A stretch of DNA of 64,000 bases from Deltaproteobacteria bacterium (GTDB lineage Bacteria; Myxococcota_A; Polyangia; Polyangiales; Houyiibacteriaceae): positions 128,001 through 192,000 of the forward strand of contig JAXMNT010000008.1 of NCBI GenBank assembly GCA_034670305.1, in the 5' to 3' direction. Numbering within the stretch: the first letter of the stretch is position 1; each line of letters begins with the position of its first letter. A program made the translations under genes and the position numbers. This document shows, one piece after another, positions 58,185 through 64,000 of this stretch. The notes under the pieces are model-generated. The model was not told where the DNA came from. It saw only the letters and a list, made by a program, of their open reading frames with translations, and searched no databases.

Positions 58185-59743
58185 AGACCTCCCGCAGCAA
58201 GTGGCTCTACGATGGTCTCGCGGCGTTCAGCGTCGCGCTCGTACTCCTACCGCAGTCGCTTGCGTACGCCGAACTCGCCGGCATGCCCGCGTACCACGGC
58301 TTCTACGCCGCCGCGCTGCCTCCGCTCTTCGCCGCGTTCTTCGCGTCCTCGCCGTACCTGCAGACCGGCCCGACCGCGCTCACGAGCCTCCTCGCGTTCG
58401 CTGCCCTCGCCAACCTCGCCACGCCGGGCTCCACCGAATTCGTCGCGCTCGCCGCGCTCTTGGCGATCATCGTCGGCGCGATCCGGATCATCGTCGGCCT
58501 CATGGGCGCCGGTTCCATCAGCTACATGATGAGCCAACCCGTCGTCCGCGGGTTCACCGGTGGCGCGGCGGTCCTGATCCTCTTCTCGCAGTTGCCGAAG
58601 GTGTTCGGCGTACAAACCGATGGCTCGACGCTCGGGGCCGGCTTCGCCGCAGTACAGGACCCCGCGACGTGGAACCTCGAAGCCGTGGCACTGGCGGCCG
58701 CGACCGTCTTCGTGATGCTCGCCGGCAAGCACCTCTCCAAGTTCTTTCCCGGCGTGCTCGTCGCGGTGGTCGGCGGCACTCTGTTCGCGACGTGGTCGGG
58801 CTACGAAGGCGCGATGGTGGGCGAAGTGCCCGCCGTCGTCCTGCCGCCCTTCTCGCTCGACCTGCCGTGGTCGCGCGTGCCGCAGCTGCTCGTGAGCGGC
58901 CTCGTGCTCGCGGTGGTCGGATTCGCCGAAGTCGCATCCGTCTCGCAGACCTACGCCGAGCGCACCCGCACCCCCTGGGATCCGAACCGCGAGTTCATCA
59001 GCCAAGGCGTCGCGAACCTGACCGCCGGCGTCGCAGGCGGCTTCCCGGTGGGCGGCTCGTTCTCGCGCTCGGCGCTCGCCTACGAAGCCGGCGCCAAGAG
59101 CCGCCGGGCCGGAGCCCTGACCGGCGCGGTGGTCTTTCTCTGCGTGCCGTTCGCGGGCTTGCTCTCCCACCTGCCGATGGCCGTGCTCGGCGGCATCGTG
59201 CTCGGCGCGGTGGTGAAGCTGCTCGACCCCCGACCCTTGCTCGCGCTGTTCTCGCAGTCCCGGCTGCAGGCCACCGTCGCCTACGTGACCTTCGGCGCCA
59301 CGCTGGTCCTCGCGCCCCACGTCGAGTGGGCGGTGCTGCTCGGAGTGGGGGTCGCGCTCTTCGTGCACATCTGGCGGGAGCAGTGGTTCGAGGTCGACGT
59401 GCGTCAGGTGCCCGGCGCGCTCGTGCTCACCCCCGAGGGCGTGCTTTGGTTCGGCACCGCACCGCTCGTCGGCCGCGCCCTCGCCAAAGCCCTGGCCTCC
59501 GCCGACCCCAAGACCACCACCGTGATCATCGATCTCTCCCACCTCGGCCGCATCGATCTCAGCGGCGCGCTCGCCCTGGCCGAGATCGTCACCCGCGGCC
59601 GCGAAGCAAAGCTCGAAGTGCGGTTCGCGGATGTGCCCGAGCACTCCGGGCGCATCCTGCGCCGCGTCTGCCAAGACGTGCCCTGGGACCCCGACCCACC
59701 GGACCTCTCCGGCGTCGCGGAGGAGTCCGCAGAATCGGAGTAG
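58181..59743 (+). CDS. SulP family anion transporter with STAS domain
   Basis: LPQSLAYAELAG, TGPTA, NREFISQG.AN, GGSFSRSA, LWFG...IDLSG. Confidence 0.92.
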   Translation: MKTSRSKWLYDGLAAFSVALVLLPQSLAYAELAGMPAYHGFYAAALPPLFAAFFASSPYLQTGPTALTSLLAFAALANLATPGSTEFVALAALLAIIVGAIRIIVGLMGAGSISYMMSQPVVRGFTGGAAVLILFSQLPKVFGVQTDGSTLGAGFAAVQDPATWNLEAVALAAATVFVMLAGKHLSKFFPGVLVAVVGGTLFATWSGYEGAMVGEVPAVVLPPFSLDLPWSRVPQLLVSGLVLAVVGFAEVASVSQTYAERTRTPWDPNREFISQGVANLTAGVAGGFPVGGSFSRSALAYEAGAKSRRAGALTGAVVFLCVPFAGLLSHLPMAVLGGIVLGAVVKLLDPRPLLALFSQSRLQATVAYVTFGATLVLAPHVEWAVLLGVGVALFVHIWREQWFEVDVRQVPGALVLTPEGVLWFGTAPLVGRALAKALASADPKTTTVIIDLSHLGRIDLSGALALAEIVTRGREAKLEVRFADVPEHSGRILRRVCQDVPWDPDPPDLSGVAEESAESE

Positions 59744-59770
59744 CGCATCCCGCAGACGTGCTCGGAAGCC

Positions 59771-59914
59771 GCCGCTTCCGCTTCCGCTTCCGCTTCCGCC
59801 ACCGCTTCCGGTTCTGCATCCGCTTCCGCTTCCGCTTCCGCTTCCGCTTCCGCTTCCGCGTGCGCTTCCGCAACCGCATCCGCATCCGGTTCCGCTTCCG
59901 CGTGCGCGCTTCCG
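59771..59914 (+). repeat. (TCCGCT)n hexamer microsatellite
   Basis: Visible 6-bp periodicity downstream of sulP. Confidence 0.92.
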
Positions 59915-60018
59915 TGTACATCGGCGGCTCACGCACCCCGGTGCTGCGGCGCCGAGTGACGCCCGATGCCGAATCTGGGTTGAGCCGCCGCGCGGCCGGT
60001 ATTACGTTCGGACTTCTT

Positions 60019-60095
60019 CGGGGTGTCGCACAGCCTGGTAGTGCACGAGCTTTGGGTGTTCGTTGTCGTCGGTTCGAATCCGGCCACCCCGACCA
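60019..60095 (+). tRNA. tRNA-Pro(TGG)
   Basis: CGGGGTG/CACCCCG acceptor stem, D arm GCAC/GTGC, anticodon loop TTTGGGT, TTCGAAT T-loop, CCA end. Confidence 0.93.
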
Positions 60096-60156
60096 GGCAA
60101 CCGAGCGGCGGACTGCAACTCGGTCCGCCGCACCGGTTTCTGCCCGTTCGAGCGCT

Positions 60157-60768
60157 CTACATCGGGCCGATCGCCGACATCGGCGCCGCGCCGTAACAAC
60201 AGAACGCCACCGCGCCGAGCACGGGCCGCGCGTCGTAGAGCGCCTGGTGCCGGGCCGTCTCCGCCGCGTCGAACGCCGCGATGTGATCGAAGTAGTCGTC
60301 CGGAAAACGCACCGCGGGCGCACACCCGGGCTCGGACGCATCGGGACCGGGCGCAAGCACGCACTGGGTCTGGCGGTACTCGTGGGTGCTCACCGCCTGT
60401 CCATGGGTCTCGAGCGGAACACACGCGCTGTAGCAACACCCATGGGCGAGGTTCGCCGCGTACACCCCCGAGAGCGGCGCGTCGTAGACCAGCCGCGCCC
60501 GCGGATCGCGATGGCGCGCAGACGCCACCTCGTCCCGATCCTCCAGCCCCGACGGATCCTCCGGACACGCCGTGCGCGCCTCGAGCATCTGTCCACACGC
60601 GAACTGCCGGGTCTGGTTGGGAGGACACCCGAGGATCCCCACCGCGGCCGGCTCGGCCGATGGTGCGACCGCCGCTGGCGCCGAAGCCACAGCCACCGCT
60701 TCGGCCGGCGCCTGCGTGGAAGGCGCGCCACATGCGCCGCACAACATCGAAACCACCCGCCAATCCAT
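60157..60768 (-). CDS. Hypothetical Cys-rich (lipo)protein
   Basis: CGAC near the N-terminus, Ala/Pro linker, two CCY motifs; start uncertain. Confidence 0.55.
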   Translation of the reverse strand: MDWRVVSMLCGACGAPSTQAPAEAVAVASAPAAVAPSAEPAAVGILGCPPNQTRQFACGQMLEARTACPEDPSGLEDRDEVASARHRDPRARLVYDAPLSGVYAANLAHGCCYSACVPLETHGQAVSTHEYRQTQCVLAPGPDASEPGCAPAVRFPDDYFDHIAAFDAAETARHQALYDARPVLGAVAFCCYGAAPMSAIGPM

Positions 60769-60851
60769 AGGCGGAGCATACCAACCCGTCCGATTCGAGC
60801 CGATTCGACCCCTTGCGAGACCTCCGAACCGGCGCTACCCGTGGACTTCCT

Positions 60852-60925
60852 GCCCCCTTAGCTCAGATGGATAGAGCAGTGGCCTTCTAAGCCGACGGTC
60901 TCAGGTTCGAATCCTGAAGGGGGCG
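60852..60925 (+). tRNA. tRNA-Arg(TCT), CCA not encoded
   Basis: GCCCCCT/AGGGGGC acceptor stem, GCTC/GAGC D arm, loop CTTCTAA, GGTTCGAATCC. Confidence 0.93.
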
Positions 60926-61045
60926 CCCCTATTTTTTGCGGGAGATCCGCTCAGCAGCACCAAACGACCTGGGGCCGGCTTGGGGCCAGCCGTCGACGCT
61001 GCCGTCCGGTCCAGAGCCTCCGGCGCGAGGTGCGGTGGAGGAGAG

Positions 61046-61510
61046 ATGGCGTATATTGAACTTCCAGACGGGGCAACGCTCGAAGGTGGCGGTGCGGAAG
61101 TGACGGCCGTGCCGGTTGAGCAATGGAACGAGGTGAGTGGCAACGGAGAGGTTGCTGTTTATGCCGACGCCGCGGACCGAAACGGAATCCTCACTCTGCA
61201 GCGTCACGCGACAGCAGGTTGGCTAATCTCTTGCAACATCAAACCGCTTCGAGGAGTGGGGTCCCCGTGTTTCGCTGTCCACTCACCCCTGGTCGCGCCG
61301 CCAGTTGGAATACTCGACTTCGGCAGCGGTGAGACGTTGCTGTATCCAGCTGGCTTCCTCTTTCCGAGAGAAGAAACCGCACGGGTTGTGGATGAGTTCA
61401 TGGATTTGGTGGACTACCCGCCGTCGGCCGTGTGGGAGTCGGGGCTGAACTGGGATGTCTACACCGGAGAGATTGACGAGCAGGAGATTCGAGCGTTGTT
61501 TGAGAAGTAG
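61046..61510 (+). CDS. Putative Imm1-like immunity protein
   Basis: GGAGG RBS; C-terminal YPAGFLFPREETARVVDEFM...P..V.WE pattern recalls Imm1. Confidence 0.55.
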   Translation: MAYIELPDGATLEGGGAEVTAVPVEQWNEVSGNGEVAVYADAADRNGILTLQRHATAGWLISCNIKPLRGVGSPCFAVHSPLVAPPVGILDFGSGETLLYPAGFLFPREETARVVDEFMDLVDYPPSAVWESGLNWDVYTGEIDEQEIRALFEK

Positions 61511-61811
61511 TACGACTGGTTCGTCGAAGATCTAACGAGGACCATGATGCGCGGCTTCAACACCTCATCCTTCGGAGCCGCCACTGGGTTGCTCGATGTG
61601 GCGAACCTGCGTGAGAGCTGGTTCTCACCATCCTCTGGACCACAGTGCAATCCCTGTGGTCGGGACGGTTCACGGGTCCGCATAGGCGCGCCCGTCGCGA
61701 CGGATACGGGCGTCACCTACCTCTTCTCGGCGTGGTACAGCCCCGAAGATCCCGAAGCTCCCGAAGTCTATTGTGTAAGCTAGTGCAGCTTGCCCCGACC
61801 TGGCGACAGTT

Positions 61812-62411
61812 GTGGCCCCGGACACGTGGGTCATGTGTAGACCGGCGGTCGGCTCGACTGCCGGAGTCACCGCCGTCCACGCGATTGGTCTCTCGTGCTT
61901 ACTCATCGCGGGTTGTTTCCGAACCCATGGTCTCGGTGACGGTGGACTAGGACCGGACGCGGGTGGAGTCGACGCAGACTGCGATGCGGGCGATGCCCGG
62001 CGTCCGCCGCCCAGTGACCCGTTCTGCTCAGCGAGCGCAGGCAGGACGGTCTTGTGCTTTCCGGAACGGGTCTCGGTCGACGAACCACTGCCGGACCTCG
62101 GATTGCAGTTCCGCGGCACATGCGTGCAAGACGTGTCGAGCATCGCCAGCGGGACGTCGGACGGGATCGAGTTCTCCGTGGAGGTCTTTGTCGTCGATTG
62201 CACAGAGCGCCTCGCGGACCTCTGCGCCTGCGAGGCGTTTGAGCATCCTCCGTTCTCGACCCCACTCGCCACGCTCGGGCCTCTCACCGTCGGCGAACAC
62301 ACCATCGTGTCCACCTTCGGACCGGGAACATCGCCAGCTCGAGTCGAACAGACGTTTCAGGTGGGGGACTGGCCAACCAGCGAACCCATCTGCGTCGAGC
62401 TGGTCCCATAG
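61812..62411 (+). CDS. Cys-containing lipoprotein, likely single-domain relative of 15900-16964 (start uncertain)
   Basis: IAG-CFRTHG; DAG linker; CAC...LGPLTVGEHT. Confidence 0.65.
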   Translation: MAPDTWVMCRPAVGSTAGVTAVHAIGLSCLLIAGCFRTHGLGDGGLGPDAGGVDADCDAGDARRPPPSDPFCSASAGRTVLCFPERVSVDEPLPDLGLQFRGTCVQDVSSIASGTSDGIEFSVEVFVVDCTERLADLCACEAFEHPPFSTPLATLGPLTVGEHTIVSTFGPGTSPARVEQTFQVGDWPTSEPICVELVP

Positions 62412-62496
62412 CTGGCATCGTTGCCGCTGGCGTCTGCCCGAGGCGAGCTGCACCTTGGGATCCGTAGATCGATCGCGCACGCGGATTGGAGGTGGA

Positions 62497-63095
62497 TTGG
62501 ACTCGGTACGTACAGCGCTGCTCCTGGGACTCACGGTGGGGTGCTTCGGACCTTCCCCACCCCGTGCGTGAGCGGCGTGGAGTTGGGGGAGCGCGTCCTC
62601 TTTCAAGTCGTGGAGCCATTTGATGAAACGTCGCGGTACCTGTTTCTAGAAGGCGACAGGACGCCAGCTCCCCCTTGCGGTCTGCCTGAAGCCGGGATGG
62701 CTGACGTTGAACTCGGCCAGCTGTTCGAGTTCCGGGTAGATGAGATCTACGGCGACAACCTCTGTGTCGTGTACCGCTGCCCCGATGATCTGCCCACGGA
62801 CAGCATCGAACCGCTGAATGGGGGACGGGCGCCTATCGGAACTGGCGGGGCCACGTTGTGCCTCAACGCCGAGCGAGACATCGACCTGGGTGACGGGTGC
62901 ATCGCCCGGAGGGGCACAGAGCTCAAGGCATTCGCCGCCATCGGCACGCCGCGCGTGGAAGGCGCAAGGCCGCCGACCGTCTTCATGCGCGTTCTCCGCC
63001 GTGAGGCAGGCGATTGTGCGCACATTCCCGGACTTCGAGACGCTCCCGTCTGTCTGGACAAGTGGGTCGTGGATACCGTCGCGCCCGTGGACTGA
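62497..63095 (+). pseudogene. Frameshifted lipoprotein gene
   Basis: GGAGGT then TTG 62497 encodes LDSVRTALLLGLTVG-CFGPSP; the body continues in another frame after a C-run near 62560. Confidence 0.6.
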
Positions 63096-63140
63096 CGGGC
63101 AGTGGCTGGCGCGTCCGCACCTCCCTAAAGTGGCCGTCGA

Positions 63141-63458
63141 ATGAGACCGGAACACGCCCGAATCGTTGAGAACCAGTTCCTCTTGAAGCTGCGCATCGAG
63201 CTTTGCTTCGACGAAGCGTCGTACGAGGGCCTGGTCTCCGCGTTGCGGGTGGCGGGGGCCGAGCCGAAGTCGTGGGATGTGCCGCGTCCACTCGTGGAAC
63301 AGCTCTTCCTCATCGTGACCGTGGTTCGCGACACGCTGGCTGGATTCCATCAGAACAACGTTCCGACGACTCCATTCATCGAACGTCTGGAAGAAGCCAA
63401 CGTCGAACTGGACCATCTGGTAAGGGAATACGTGAGCGAACTGCCACCCTCGGACTGA
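63141..63458 (+). CDS. Small helical hypothetical protein, possibly immunity-like
   Basis: FLLKLRIELCFDEASYEGLVSAL...VPRPLV; 105 aa. Confidence 0.55.
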   Translation: MRPEHARIVENQFLLKLRIELCFDEASYEGLVSALRVAGAEPKSWDVPRPLVEQLFLIVTVVRDTLAGFHQNNVPTTPFIERLEEANVELDHLVREYVSELPPSD

Positions 63459-63582
63459 CGGATCAGCCGCACTCGGCGGGCGGGTCCGACAGACGTCTGC
63501 TCGTCCGGCGGATTCTCGACCTTGGGTTGCTGGCAGACCAAGCCCTCTTGCAGACCCACCATTCTTTGTAGACCTTGATGGC

Positions 63583-64000
63583 GTGACGCACGAGCAACTG
63601 CGGGCGGGTACGATTCTGCTCTCTCTGGTGGTGGGTTGTTCGGTGGACCGCACCATCACTTGCGTTGCAGAGGATCCTTGGCCGATCGACTCGCCCGTCT
63701 TTGACATCGCCGCTCAGGGGGACTCTGCACTGGTCTCAATCGCTGAGACCGTCCTGGGGGACGATGGACTGCCCCGCTACGCGTTCACCATGTGCGGAGA
63801 GTTCGCGCCGGCGAAACGGAATCGGAGTTCACGATCGGCTCCACGGTCGTCGCGATTGCGGCTGTGTGGTCGCGTTCTGAAGATGGCGCGGTCCATGCGC
63901 AGTTCCTGGGGCGGCCAGACGGGGGAGACCCTACGTTCGTTCGAGTTTCGGGCAGGGTCTACCAGATGACCATTGCCCCGGACGATCGGGTGCTGGCGGT
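63583..64000 (+). pseudogene. Frameshifted lipoprotein gene, runs off the window
   Basis: VVG-C lipobox; plausible protein continues in another frame from about 63786 (HHVRRVRAGETESEFTIG...) to the window end. Confidence 0.5.

Noticed and set aside
60926-64000. Integron cassette array
   Set aside because: No paired RYYYAAC/GTTRRRY attC sites found between the genes, and no integrase in view

Overview
High-GC bacterial chromosomal window, most consistent with a Myxococcota (Polyangia/Sandaracinaceae-like) genome. The evidence is three Ser/Thr kinases, AgmX/PglI C-terminal domains, a MYXO-CTERM-like sorting signal and many Cys-rich lipoproteins with DAG linkers. Recognisable blocks: kinase, aldolase/SDR, EAL, DEAD helicase, tandem SDR, yajQ, trpF and M23 peptidase; three tandem AgmX-domain genes; a regulator plus ethylmalonyl-CoA pathway cluster (ecm-meaB-ccr-mcd-mch); a four-helix-bundle gene with a structured upstream element; two DUF4139 genes; cysH divergent from an imuA-imuB-dnaE2 cassette with a candidate LexA box; BASS transporter plus PLP lyase; an amidase polyprotein; cytochrome lipoproteins; a kinase-TPR/PEGA-lipoprotein triad; AlkZ-like, metallophosphoesterase and SulP genes; tRNA-Pro and tRNA-Arg; and a lower-GC accessory array after tRNA-Arg. 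The strongest candidates for something new are (1) one ORF where an internal MYXO-CTERM shares its RRRR with a downstream lipoprotein signal peptide, suggesting a two-product polyprotein, (2) a C-GNA-G hairpin-studded structured element upstream of a four-helix-bundle gene, and (3) a family of polar, composite hexamer microsatellites in eight intergenic spaces. All calls come from reading sequence and translations by eye; no searches were run, and some start codons are estimates.
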